Assembly: GCA_965223415.1 (NCBI GenBank)
Contig: OZ245002.1
Span: 5,504,001 to 5,568,000, forward strand
Source: Myxococcota bacterium
Lineage (GTDB): Bacteria > Myxococcota_A > UBA9160 > UBA6930
Reading direction: 5' to 3'
Length of the DNA: 64,000 nt
Shown piece after piece: positions 1 to 9,566 of this stretch. A model generated the notes under the pieces. The model saw only the letters and a list, made by a program, of their open reading frames with translations, had not been told where the DNA came from and did not search any database. The position numbers were made by a program, and so were the translations under genes. Every line of letters begins with the position of its first letter. The first letter of the stretch is position 1.

Positions 1-497
1 GATGGTTCGTCGGCGAGGAGCGCATAGGGCAGCCCGGTGCGATGCTCTGGATCGTCCACGCACACGTGCAGCTTGCTCGCGAGCACCACGCGCTCGTCCT
101 CGAGCCCCTCGATGATCCAGAGCTCCCAGAGCGGGCGGCCCGGGTCGAGCGGCGTGGCCGCGATGCGGCCGATGAGGCGCTTCAGCTGGCGCTCGCTCCC
201 GGGGCGGGGAAGCCGGACGTGTCGAACGTGATAGTCGAGGTCCACGTCTTCCGCGTCCACCCAGATCGGCTGGGTCTCGAGAGGAAGCTCGGCGATCACC
301 TGGCGGTAGCGGTGGAGATCCCCGATTCGCGCCGCGACCCGGTCGCGGATGCGGTTCACCGCGACGCTCCCCGTGTCGTTGCGCAGACCGGCGGCGGGAA
401 AGCGCTGCACCCGCAGCACGTGGAGCGGGGCGTCCGGGTGCTCGAGCTTGAGGAAGCCCTGCTCTCTCGCGGTCAGGTGCTCGTAGTCCGCGTGCAT
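1..497 (-). CDS. WS/DGAT (wax ester/triacylglycerol synthase) family O-acyltransferase-like protein, N-terminal part (runs off the window)
   Basis: Not in ORF track. Manual translation from ATG 497: MHADYEHLTAREQGFLKLEHPDAPLHV...PIWVDAEDVDLDYHVRHVRLPRPGSERQL...PLDPGRPLWELWIIEGLE, typical WS/DGAT N-terminus; GGAGG upstream. Confidence 0.85.
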   Translation of the reverse strand, partial: MHADYEHLTAREQGFLKLEHPDAPLHVLRVQRFPAAGLRNDTGSVAVNRIRDRVAARIGDLHRYRQVIAELPLETQPIWVDAEDVDLDYHVRHVRLPRPGSERQLKRLIGRIAATPLDPGRPLWELWIIEGLEDERVVLASKLHVCVDDPEHRTGLPYALLADEP

Positions 498-532
498 CCG
501 CCTTCCACCTCCAACCCGGACGCTACGGTGGG

Positions 533-548
533 AGCAAGACGCATGCCG
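533..548 (-). promoter_or_regulatory. sigma54 -24/-12 promoter motif
   Basis: Minus strand CGGCATGCGTCTTGCT (GG-N10-GC) upstream of the WS/DGAT-like gene. Confidence 0.7.
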
Positions 549-670
549 CGAGGAAGTCGCACCGGCCGCGGCAGATCCACGCCGATGGCCCTTGCTGCCC
601 CCGGCCCCTTCGCCGTGCCCCATCCTGCCCCCTGACGCGATGCCGCAGCGTGTCGTGCGCCCGCCCGATC

Positions 671-686
671 CGGCACGCCGCTTGCG
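671..686 (+). promoter_or_regulatory. sigma54 -24/-12 promoter motif
   Basis: CGGCACGCCGCTTGCG upstream of ATG 728. Confidence 0.75.
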
Positions 687-727
687 TTCCCCACGGCCGA
701 AACTCGGCAGCTTCCACGGGAGGGATC

Positions 728-1735
728 ATGCGTTTCGGACGGTCGAGCTGGCTCGGATGGGGATTGGCCACGGCTCTGGGCCTGGCCATGGGAGGAGGCG
801 TGGCCAGCGCCTCGGCACAGGAAGGGGGGTCCTGCGACGGCTTCCTTCCGGACTTCACCTGCGATCGGTCCGGCCGCTGGGAGGGCTTCCACCGTCCCAT
901 CGTGTCGTTCCCGTTGTTCGAGGACCCGTTCATCACGACGGGGATCTATCCCTACTACGCGTTCCACGAGTTCCCGGATCGCTCGGCCTTGCAGGGCGGC
1001 GAGGCCCACGACGTGTCGGTGCAGGCGCGCATCGCGCTCACCGACCGGCTGGCGTTCATCGCCACCAAGGACGGCTACGTCTGGAAGCGGCCTGACAACC
1101 CGCTCCTCGACGATACGGAGGGCACCCTGAACCTGGCCGGCGGCCTGAAGTACGCCCTCGTCCAGGACGAGGAGGCCGGCTACATCGTGTCCGGCGTGCT
1201 GCGCGTGGAGTTCGACACGGGCAGCTCGGACACCTTCCAGGGCTGGGGCGACGGCATGGTGCTGCCCTCGGTCACCGGCGCCTGGGGGAGCGGCCCGCTC
1301 CACATCATGGCCGACATCGGGGCCCAGATCCCCTTCGACGGCGATGACCAGAGCACGTCGCTCTTCTACCACCTGTATGCCGACTACAACGTGACCCCGA
1401 ACTTCGCGCCCTTCGTGCAGCTGAGCGGCCTCACCTGGATCAGCTCGGGCAACGGCGAGATCCCGGTCAAGCTGAAGCGCGGCATCGTGCCCGGCAGCGA
1501 GCTGCCGCTCGACCTGGTGCAGACCGTGCTCGGCACGGGCGCCTTCGAGGGTGCGGACCTGATGAATCTGGGCTCGCGGAACGTCGACGGTCTCGACCTC
1601 TGGACCTGGGCGATCGGTGCTCACATCCCGCTCACCGACCACATCACGTTCAGCGTCGGCTACGAGCGCCCCTTCAGTCACCACAAGGGGATCTTCAAGC
1701 AGCGGGTGACGAGCGGGCTGACGATCGAGTTCTGA
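728..1735 (+). CDS. Secreted, probable outer-membrane beta-barrel protein
   Basis: Signal peptide (MRFGRSSW...ASA-QE), alternating amphipathic strands, aromatic-rich, C-terminal Phe (GLTIEF). Confidence 0.65.
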   Translation: MRFGRSSWLGWGLATALGLAMGGGVASASAQEGGSCDGFLPDFTCDRSGRWEGFHRPIVSFPLFEDPFITTGIYPYYAFHEFPDRSALQGGEAHDVSVQARIALTDRLAFIATKDGYVWKRPDNPLLDDTEGTLNLAGGLKYALVQDEEAGYIVSGVLRVEFDTGSSDTFQGWGDGMVLPSVTGAWGSGPLHIMADIGAQIPFDGDDQSTSLFYHLYADYNVTPNFAPFVQLSGLTWISSGNGEIPVKLKRGIVPGSELPLDLVQTVLGTGAFEGADLMNLGSRNVDGLDLWTWAIGAHIPLTDHITFSVGYERPFSHHKGIFKQRVTSGLTIEF

Positions 1736-1840
1736 CCGGAGCCTCTGTGGAGCCCGTGCGGCGGTGCGCCGCCACCGGCGAGCTGGCCTCGCCGGGGCGG
1801 ACGTCATCCGCCGCACGTCGCTCCAGGGGGTTTCGCCCGT

Positions 1841-2287
1841 CTAGGCCACCACCGGCCCCGGCCCCTCGTAGCGCTCGCGCAGGATGGCGGCCAGCACGCG
1901 GCAGACGTCGGTGAGGGTGAGGATGCCCGCCAGGCGGTCGTCCTTGGCGACGAGGGCGGTGCCGATCCTTCGCTCGGCCAGCACGTCGAGGACGTCCGCC
2001 AGGGATGCGTCGAGGGAGGCCACGTAGGGATCGGGGGTCATCACCTGCTCGGCGTGGATGCGCTCCCAGCCGTCGGTGGGGAGCGCCGGGTTCACCAGCC
2101 GATCGACGTCGCGCCGGCTGATGACGCCGACCAGCGCGCCGTCGCGCTTCACGGGCACGTGGCGGACGCCGTGGTCGTCCATGAGGCGGCGGACGCGGCC
2201 CAGGGAATCCCCGGCCTCGGCGAAGTAGGGAAACGGCGTCATGACGGCCGCCAACGTGGGCATCCGGTCGTGATCGCGAAGGTGCAT
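1841..2287 (-). CDS. CBS-pair domain protein
   Basis: VMTPFP...RHVPV...LVGVISRRD; VMTPDP...LAGILTLTD. Confidence 0.9.
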   Translation of the reverse strand: MHLRDHDRMPTLAAVMTPFPYFAEAGDSLGRVRRLMDDHGVRHVPVKRDGALVGVISRRDVDRLVNPALPTDGWERIHAEQVMTPDPYVASLDASLADVLDVLAERRIGTALVAKDDRLAGILTLTDVCRVLAAILRERYEGPGPVVA

Positions 2288-2319
2288 GGGACGACTCCCT
2301 CCTCTCGGGACGGCTCAGG

Positions 2320-2335
2320 AGCAAGCAGCGTGCCG
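2320..2335 (-). promoter_or_regulatory. sigma54 -24/-12 promoter motif
   Basis: Minus strand CGGCACGCTGCTTGCT upstream of the CBS gene at 2287. Confidence 0.75.
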
Positions 2336-2438
2336 CATCCCGGCGACCCCTGGCGAGGCGGAGCGCCCCCGATGGGGCGCGCTGGGACAAGGGTGCCTCC
2401 GCTGCCGTCTCCCCCCGCCCGCCGGCGGGCCTTGGCCC

Positions 2439-2454
2439 TGGCACGGATCCTGCG
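2439..2454 (+). promoter_or_regulatory. sigma54 -24/-12 promoter motif
   Basis: TGGCACGGATCCTGCG upstream of the USP gene. Confidence 0.7.
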
Positions 2455-2468
2455 AAACCCGGAGAGAG

Positions 2469-2915
2469 ATGAAGCTCGACCACATCCTCGTGCCCTTCGA
2501 CTTCTCGGCCTGTGCCGGGCGCGCCTTCGACCAGGCCCTCGAACTGGCGGGCCGCTACGGAGGCCGCCTCACCCTGCTCCATGCCTTCCAGCTGAACGAG
2601 CAGGTCTATCCCTACTCGGCAATCCTGACCCACGAGCGGGTGGAGGACGCACGGGAGGCGGCCACCCGGGCCCTGGCCGAGTGGCGCGACCGGGCGGACG
2701 CAGGCGGGGTCGAGGTGGACGTCCGCGTGGCCCCCGGCATGCCCTCGGAGACGATCGTCGCCGTCGCCCAGGAGATCGCCGCGGACCTGATCGTGATGGG
2801 CACCCATGGCCGCACGGGCCTGGGCCACGTGATGCTCGGCAGCGTCGCCGAGCGCACCCTGCGCGCTGCGCCCTGCCCGGTTCTCACGGTGCGGCCGCCG
2901 GACGAGGCCTCGTGA
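2469..2915 (+). CDS. Universal stress protein (single USP domain)
   Basis: ILVPFDFS...ADLIVMGTHGRTGLGHVMLGSVAERTLRAAPCPVLTV. Confidence 0.95.
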   Translation: MKLDHILVPFDFSACAGRAFDQALELAGRYGGRLTLLHAFQLNEQVYPYSAILTHERVEDAREAATRALAEWRDRADAGGVEVDVRVAPGMPSETIVAVAQEIAADLIVMGTHGRTGLGHVMLGSVAERTLRAAPCPVLTVRPPDEAS

Positions 2916-3367
2916 CGGGCGCGACCCTGCCCGACGACCTCGTTGATCGGCTCGTGCGCCGCAACGTGGTGACCGTCTCCCCGGACGCGGTGATCGGCTC
3001 GGTGATCGAGGTGATGCGCCTGGGCCGGCTGCGGGCGCTGCCGGTCGTCGACAAGGGAGAACGGTTGCTGGGCGCCCTGGCCTTCGTCGATTGCTGCGAT
3101 CTCGTCGCCAAGGCCCTGTCGGGCGACGATTCGGATCGGGAGGTCCTGGAGCGGCTCGAGGCCGCCCTGAACGTCCCGGTGCACGTGGTGATGACGCCCG
3201 CCGATCAGCTGGTCGAGGGCGAGGCCAACCTGCGCTCGGCCGTGCGCCAGCTCGGTGACGCGCGCTGGGGGCACCTGTGCGTCGTCCGCAGCACGTCCGA
3301 AGGCCCGCGGCTGCTCGGCCTGCTGACGGAGAACGACGTCCTTCGTCACCTCGTGATCGACGCCTGA
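2912..3367 (+). CDS. CBS-pair domain protein
   Basis: GTG start overlapping the USP stop (GTGA); LPVVD...LLGAL; VMTPA...LLGLLTENDVL. Confidence 0.85.
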   Translation: MTGATLPDDLVDRLVRRNVVTVSPDAVIGSVIEVMRLGRLRALPVVDKGERLLGALAFVDCCDLVAKALSGDDSDREVLERLEAALNVPVHVVMTPADQLVEGEANLRSAVRQLGDARWGHLCVVRSTSEGPRLLGLLTENDVLRHLVIDA

Positions 3368-3792
3368 GCGGGCGAGTCCCCGTAGGCCCCGCGCAGCAGG
3401 TCCGTCTCCGTGACCAGGCCCACCATGTGGTCGCCGTCGTCCACCACCGGCAGGCAGCCGATCCGGTGGGCGAGCATGAGCCGGGCCGCCTCCCGCAGGG
3501 TGGCCTCCGGCGCCACCGTGATGGGCTGGGCGGTCATCACCTCCTGCACGACGACGGAGCGCATGAAGTTCCGCCGCTGGTCGCCCTCGAAGGCCAGGGC
3601 CCTCGAGAGGGAGGCCGCGAGCAGGTCCCGCTGGGAGACGACGCCGATCAGCTGCTCGCCGTCGAGGACCGGCATGTGGCGGATGCGGCCGAGCTGCATG
3701 ACGTCGTCGACGAAGTCGAGCTGGTCCTTGGCCTTCACGGAGACGAAGTCGCTGGCCATGACCGAAGAGACCTGACGTTCGGCGGGATGCAT
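3346..3792 (-). CDS. CBS-pair domain protein
   Basis: MHPAERQVSSVMASD...RHMPVLDGEQLIGVVSQRD...IGCLPVVD...VGLVTETD. Confidence 0.92.
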   Translation of the reverse strand: MHPAERQVSSVMASDFVSVKAKDQLDFVDDVMQLGRIRHMPVLDGEQLIGVVSQRDLLAASLSRALAFEGDQRRNFMRSVVVQEVMTAQPITVAPEATLREAARLMLAHRIGCLPVVDDGDHMVGLVTETDLLRGAYGDSPAQASITR

Positions 3793-3819
3793 GCGGACGA
3801 ATCCTCCTACTCGAATCGA

Positions 3820-3835
3820 AGCAACGGTCGTGCCA
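3820..3835 (-). promoter_or_regulatory. sigma54 -24/-12 promoter motif
   Basis: Minus strand TGGCACGACCGTTGCT, full match to TGGCAC-N5-TTGC. Confidence 0.85.
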
Positions 3836-3873
3836 GCTCCCGGGGCCCACGATCCCGCGCCTGCTCGCCGGGC

Positions 3874-3890
3874 TGGGGCGCTCCACCCCA
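3874..3890. promoter_or_regulatory. Palindromic candidate enhancer/operator TGGGG-N7-CCCCA
   Basis: TGGGGCGCTCCACCCCA about 40 bp upstream of a sigma54 motif; recurs at 7501, 15505, 25196. Confidence 0.5.
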
Positions 3891-3898
3891 ATGTCCGG

Positions 3899-5125
3899 TC
3901 ATCCTGCGACCCTGCGCCAGACTTCGAGCCCGATCAAGACGACGCTCGCGAGGCCACCGACCACCGGGATCCAGCGGGGACAGTGGAAGATCTCGCCGGC
4001 GGGCGGTCGGCGCCTGTGGAGCACCCACAGGGAGGCGTGCATGAGCCCGAAGACGGTCAAGGCCAGGAGGGCCGTCACCCGGGCCAGCCCGGCCAGGGGG
4101 AAGGCCACCGCCAGCACCCAGACGACGGCCGCCACCGCCCAGGTCGCCACCCAGGGCGTGCCGGTCCGCGGCGAGACCCGCCCCAGCGGCGCCGGCAGGA
4201 GCTGCCGCTGGGCGAGCCCGTAGAGCACCCGGGAGGCCATGACCACCTGGATCAGGGCGCCGTTCACCATGGCCAGCACGCCGATCACCACCAGCTCCAC
4301 CGGCTCCCGGCCCACCGCGCGCTCGAAGACCAGGGCGAGGGGCGCGTCGGAGGCGGCCAGCTCCGCCGGCGCCACCCGCGCCACGGCGGCGAAGGCAACG
4401 GCCACGTAGAGCAGGCTCGTCAGGCCGAGCGTCCACAGGATCGCGCGGGGAAGCGCGCGACGGACCTGCTTCACCTCTTCGGCGACGTTGACCATGTCCT
4501 CGAAGCCCAGGAACGCGTAGAAGGCCAGGGTCGCCGCGTTGACGATGCCGGCGATCGGAATGGCTCCGCCGCCGACCCACGCCGCCTCGGGTGCCGCGGG
4601 CGCCTCCGCCACGCTCACCGCGGTGACCACGGCGATGAGCCCGCCCACCTCGAGCAACGTGATCACGGCGGCCACCAGCAGCGACTCCTTCACTCCCCAG
4701 GCCGCGATCGCCCCCAGCGCGAGGGTGAGGCCGCTGATCGCCACGATGGGGGCCGTGGGGACGAGAGCGCTCCAGTAGCCGGCGAAGCCGTTCGCGACAG
4801 CGGCGGCCGAGACGACGCCGGCCAGCACCACCGCCATGCCCACCGCCCACGCCAGCCACGGCGAGGCGAAGGCCTGGCGGACGTACTCGGCCTCGCCGGC
4901 GGCGCGCGGATGGCGGGAGGAGAGCTCGGCGAAGGCCAGCGCCGTGGCTCCGGCCAGGAGCGACGCCAGGCCGAAGGCAGCCGGCGCCCAGGCCCCGGCC
5001 AGGCCGGCCACCTCGCCCACCAGCGCGTAGACGCCGGCGCCCACGGTGGTGCCGAGCCCGTACAGGACGAGCAGCGGAAACGAGACCCGCCGCCGCAGCG
5101 CCGCCTGCGGTGCCGCGCCGGACAT
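3899..5125 (-). CDS. APC-family amino acid permease
   Basis: GLGTTVGAGVY (TM1), FYAFLGFE (TM6), about 12 TM segments. Confidence 0.9.
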   Translation of the reverse strand: MSGAAPQAALRRRVSFPLLVLYGLGTTVGAGVYALVGEVAGLAGAWAPAAFGLASLLAGATALAFAELSSRHPRAAGEAEYVRQAFASPWLAWAVGMAVVLAGVVSAAAVANGFAGYWSALVPTAPIVAISGLTLALGAIAAWGVKESLLVAAVITLLEVGGLIAVVTAVSVAEAPAAPEAAWVGGGAIPIAGIVNAATLAFYAFLGFEDMVNVAEEVKQVRRALPRAILWTLGLTSLLYVAVAFAAVARVAPAELAASDAPLALVFERAVGREPVELVVIGVLAMVNGALIQVVMASRVLYGLAQRQLLPAPLGRVSPRTGTPWVATWAVAAVVWVLAVAFPLAGLARVTALLALTVFGLMHASLWVLHRRRPPAGEIFHCPRWIPVVGGLASVVLIGLEVWRRVAG

Positions 5126-5135
5126 GGAGGCGGTC

Positions 5136-6019
5136 TCAGCCGGCCTTCGGGCGAACCGTCCAGACCGGGCAGGGAGCGCCGCGCAGGGTGCGCTCGGCGA
5201 CGCTGCCCAGGACCATGTGCTTGAGGCCGGTGAGGCCCCGGGAGCCGGTGACGACCAGGTCGGCCTCGTGGTCCGCCGCCGCGTCGATCAGGGCGAAGGA
5301 CGGGGGGGCGCTGCGCACCTCGGTCTTCACCGACATGATGTCGGTGATCCCCTGGGCCATCTCCTCGAGCTTGGACGTCGCCTCGGCGTGGGCCCGCTCG
5401 ATCACGTTGTCGGGCACCGACACCTCGTAGGGCGTGACGAAGGGGATGCGCAGATCGAGCGCATGCACCAGGTGCAGGGCCGCACCGAACTCCTGGGCGA
5501 GGTCGACGGCCGTCTGGAAAGCGGCGGAGGCGCCTTCGGAGAAGTCCACCCCGACGACGATGCGCTTCGGTCCCTCGGAGAGGGCGCCGTCCTTGATCGT
5601 GAGCACCGAGCACGGAGCCAGCTTGACCGTGTGCTCGGCCACGCTGCCCAGCACGACCCGCTTCACGCCCGTCTGGCCGTGGGTTCCGACCACGACGAGA
5701 TCCACGTCGAGCTCGCGCGCGCGATCGGCGACCGCGTAGGCGGCCGGCACCTCGCCCAGGTGGATCGAGCCCTCCAGGCCGGCCTCGCGCCCACGCGCGG
5801 CGGCCTCCTCGAGCTTCTCCTTGGCGGCCGTGCGCGCGGCGCCGAGGGTCGCTTCCGGCACGGCGACCGCGTACGGCTCGAAGATCGGGAGCGGCACCTC
5901 GAGGGCGTGCACCCAATGCAGCTCGGCACCGAAGCGCTTCGCCAGCACGATCGCGGCCGTCTCCGCGGCACTGGCGGCCTCGGAGAAATCGGTGGCGACG
6001 AGCAGCTTGCGGGGACGAC

Positions 6020-6023
<4 letters not shown>
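5136..6023 (-). CDS. Universal stress protein (tandem USP domains)
   Basis: Two repeats of ...DFS...G(T/S)(H/R)G.TG.K..VLGSVAE....APC.V. Confidence 0.95.
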
Positions 6024-7435
<1,412 letters not shown>

Positions 7436-7447
7436 GGCCTTCTCGGA

Positions 7448-7463
7448 AGCACGGGGCGTGCCA
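7448..7463 (-). promoter_or_regulatory. sigma54 -24/-12 promoter motif upstream of the activator gene itself
   Basis: Minus strand TGGCACGCCCCGTGCT. Confidence 0.75.
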
Positions 7464-7500
7464 GACCTTGCGGTCGAGATCGGCTTCCGGGGCGTGAGTG

Positions 7501-7517
7501 TGGGGCAAAATTCCCCA
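7501..7517. promoter_or_regulatory. Palindromic candidate enhancer/operator TGGGG-N7-CCCCA
   Basis: TGGGGCAAAATTCCCCA about 40 bp upstream of the sigma54 motif. Confidence 0.5.
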
Positions 7518-7547
7518 GCACGCTACAGACGACTGGGCCTCGTTGAC

Positions 7548-8789
7548 TCACCCGACGACGGGCAGAAGAAGGCGGAAGTCGGTGCCCCGGGCGTCGGAGC
7601 GAGCCACCTCGATGAGCCCGCCGTGCTCCGTCACGATGCCGTGGGCCACCGCCAGCCCCAGGCCGTGGCCTTCGCCCGCTTCCTTGGTGGTGACGAAGGG
7701 ATCGAAGACCTGCTCCGGGTCTTCCATGCCGATACCGGGGCCGGTGTCCTCGACGTGCACCTCCACCTCGCCCTCGTCCGTCTGGGCCAGGGAGACGCGG
7801 ATCTCGCCGCCATCGGGCATGGCGTCGGCGGCGTTCAGCAGCAGGTTCAGCAGCACCTGCTGCAGCCGCTCGGGATCGCCGGAGACGCTGGCCACGTCGG
7901 CCAGCCTGAGGACCGGTTCGATTCCGCGGCGCGCGAACTTCTCGTTGAGGAAGGCCACCGTGTTCTCGATCAGCGGCCGCAGGTCAACGGGGATGCTGCG
8001 GGAGCGCGACGGACGCGCCATCCCGAGCAGGCTCTCGATGATGCGGGAGATGCGTCCGATCTGCTGCTGGATCGTCTCGAGCCGCCAGCCCGCGTCCTCC
8101 CCCCGCACCGAGGACTCGAGCAGCTTGGCGTGGCCCCGGATCACGCCCATGGGGGTGCCGATCTCGTGGGCGAGCCCCGCGACGAGCACGCCGATCGATG
8201 CCAACCGCTCGGCGGCCCGGGCGCGCTCGGTCGTCTGCCTCAGCTCGACTCCGGTGCTCTCCAGGTCCCGGGCCAGCTGGCGGCCCGCGTTCGAGAGCTC
8301 TTCGTTCAGGTGCTGCAGGTCCCGCTCGCGGCGCGCGATGTAGCGATCCATGGCGATGTGCATGTCGAACATCATCAGCTTCTGGAGGGCGACCAGGGTC
8401 CGCTCACCCCGCACCAGGTCGCCGTGGGTGTGCTCCCAGACGAGCGGCGTGAGCAGCCCGAAGTAGAGGCTGTAGGCGCCGATGTACCAGCGCGGATCGA
8501 GGCCGATGCGCTCGTGGGCCTCGCCGATGCGCCGCCGCTCCCGGACGTAGGCCTCGTCGATCTCGGGCCCGGCCAGGCTCATCAGGTAGCGGCGCTGCTC
8601 ATCCAGCAACCGCTTCGTCACCTCGGGCTCTCGCAGGTGCCGCTGCGTGTCCGGGAAGGAGAGCAAGTGGCGGTAGAAGGCCGAGACGAGCCGCTCCGCG
8701 TGCTGCTCGAGGATCGGCTTCAGGTCGCGCAGCGCCTCCCGATCGGCCTCGCCGTACTCGAAGAACGCGATCTCGTCGGAGACGTCCAT
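7548..8789 (-). CDS. Soluble globin-coupled sensor histidine kinase (protoglobin + HisKA + HATPase)
   Basis: Globin: LVSAFYRHL, RRRIGEAHERIGLDPRWYIGAY; H-box LAHEIGTP; N-box LNLLLNAADA; DTGPGI, FDPFVTTK, GHGLGL; no TM helix. Confidence 0.92.
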   Translation of the reverse strand: MDVSDEIAFFEYGEADREALRDLKPILEQHAERLVSAFYRHLLSFPDTQRHLREPEVTKRLLDEQRRYLMSLAGPEIDEAYVRERRRIGEAHERIGLDPRWYIGAYSLYFGLLTPLVWEHTHGDLVRGERTLVALQKLMMFDMHIAMDRYIARRERDLQHLNEELSNAGRQLARDLESTGVELRQTTERARAAERLASIGVLVAGLAHEIGTPMGVIRGHAKLLESSVRGEDAGWRLETIQQQIGRISRIIESLLGMARPSRSRSIPVDLRPLIENTVAFLNEKFARRGIEPVLRLADVASVSGDPERLQQVLLNLLLNAADAMPDGGEIRVSLAQTDEGEVEVHVEDTGPGIGMEDPEQVFDPFVTTKEAGEGHGLGLAVAHGIVTEHGGLIEVARSDARGTDFRLLLPVVG

Positions 8790-8797
8790 CCGGCTAG

Positions 8798-8826
8798 ACG
8801 ATTGACGCCAGAGTGGGCGCTGTCAA
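8798..8826 (-). promoter_or_regulatory. Putative sigma70-type promoter of the kinase gene
   Basis: Minus strand TTGACA-17 nt-AATCGT, 8 nt before ATG 8789. Confidence 0.45.
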
Positions 8827-8842
8827 GCCGGCGGAGACGTCG

Positions 8843-9289
8843 TCAGATCGGCCCGCTGGCCTTCTCGCCCTGCACCGCCCGGCGCAGCGCCTTGAGGATG
8901 TCGCACCGCGCGATCATGCCCACCACCTCGTGGTCGTCGACGACGGGGAAGCTCTTCGTGCGCAGCTCGACCATCCGCTCGAGGGCGCGAGTGAGCGGCA
9001 TGCGCGGTGTCACCGTGGTGACGTCCGTGACCATCACATCGGAAACGGGGCCGGCCATGATCTGCTCGTAGGGGGGCAGCATGGAATCCTGGCTGAAGCG
9101 GAAGGCCTTGAGGATGTCGAGCTGGGTCACGAAGCCCAGGAGACGCCCGTCCGGGCCCAGGACCGGCAAGCCGTTCCAGTTCTTCTCCTCGAGGATCTTC
9201 TCCACCTCGGCCAGGGAAGTCTCGGGGCCGAGACCGACGGGCTCGCGGGTCATCGCGTCGAGGACCCGGTAGTCGAGGAACTCGTACAT
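8843..9289 (-). CDS. CBS-pair domain protein
   Basis: AMTREPV...NGLPVLG...LLGFVTQLD; VMVTD...FPVVD...VVGMIARCD. Confidence 0.92.
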   Translation of the reverse strand: MYEFLDYRVLDAMTREPVGLGPETSLAEVEKILEEKNWNGLPVLGPDGRLLGFVTQLDILKAFRFSQDSMLPPYEQIMAGPVSDVMVTDVTTVTPRMPLTRALERMVELRTKSFPVVDDHEVVGMIARCDILKALRRAVQGEKASGPI

Positions 9290-9302
9290 GCCAAGGGCCC
9301 TT

Positions 9303-9566
9303 CTAGAGGCGGCTGCGCAGGTGCTGGAACCCCTTGCGCAGCTCCTCGCCGAGGATCTTCGCGGCCTCGCGGATCTCGGCGGCGTCCTCCTGGGCGCCCT
9401 CCCGGATCAGCTTCACCTTGCCCTCGAGCTCGCCCCAGCGGTGCTCCAGCTCCTGCCACTGATCCCGCAGCTCCATGCTGCCGAGCTCGCTCTGCACGCG
9501 CAGCTCGTCGCGCAGCTGGTGGAGTCCCTCCATCTCCTCCTCGAAGAAGTCAGTCCACTTCGACAT
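9303..9566 (-). CDS. Small acidic coiled-coil hypothetical protein (87 aa)
   Basis: GGAG SD, typical codon usage, helical heptads (LRDELRVQSELGSMELRDQWQELE), own sigma54 motif upstream. Confidence 0.8.
   Translation of the reverse strand: MSKWTDFFEEEMEGLHQLRDELRVQSELGSMELRDQWQELEHRWGELEGKVKLIREGAQEDAAEIREAAKILGEELRKGFQHLRSRL

Noticed and set aside
8802..8826. TTGAC-N15-GTCAA as an FNR-like operator
   Set aside because: Spacer far longer than the N4 of FNR/CRP sites; better explained as a -35 TTGACA, though a repressor dyad cannot be excluded
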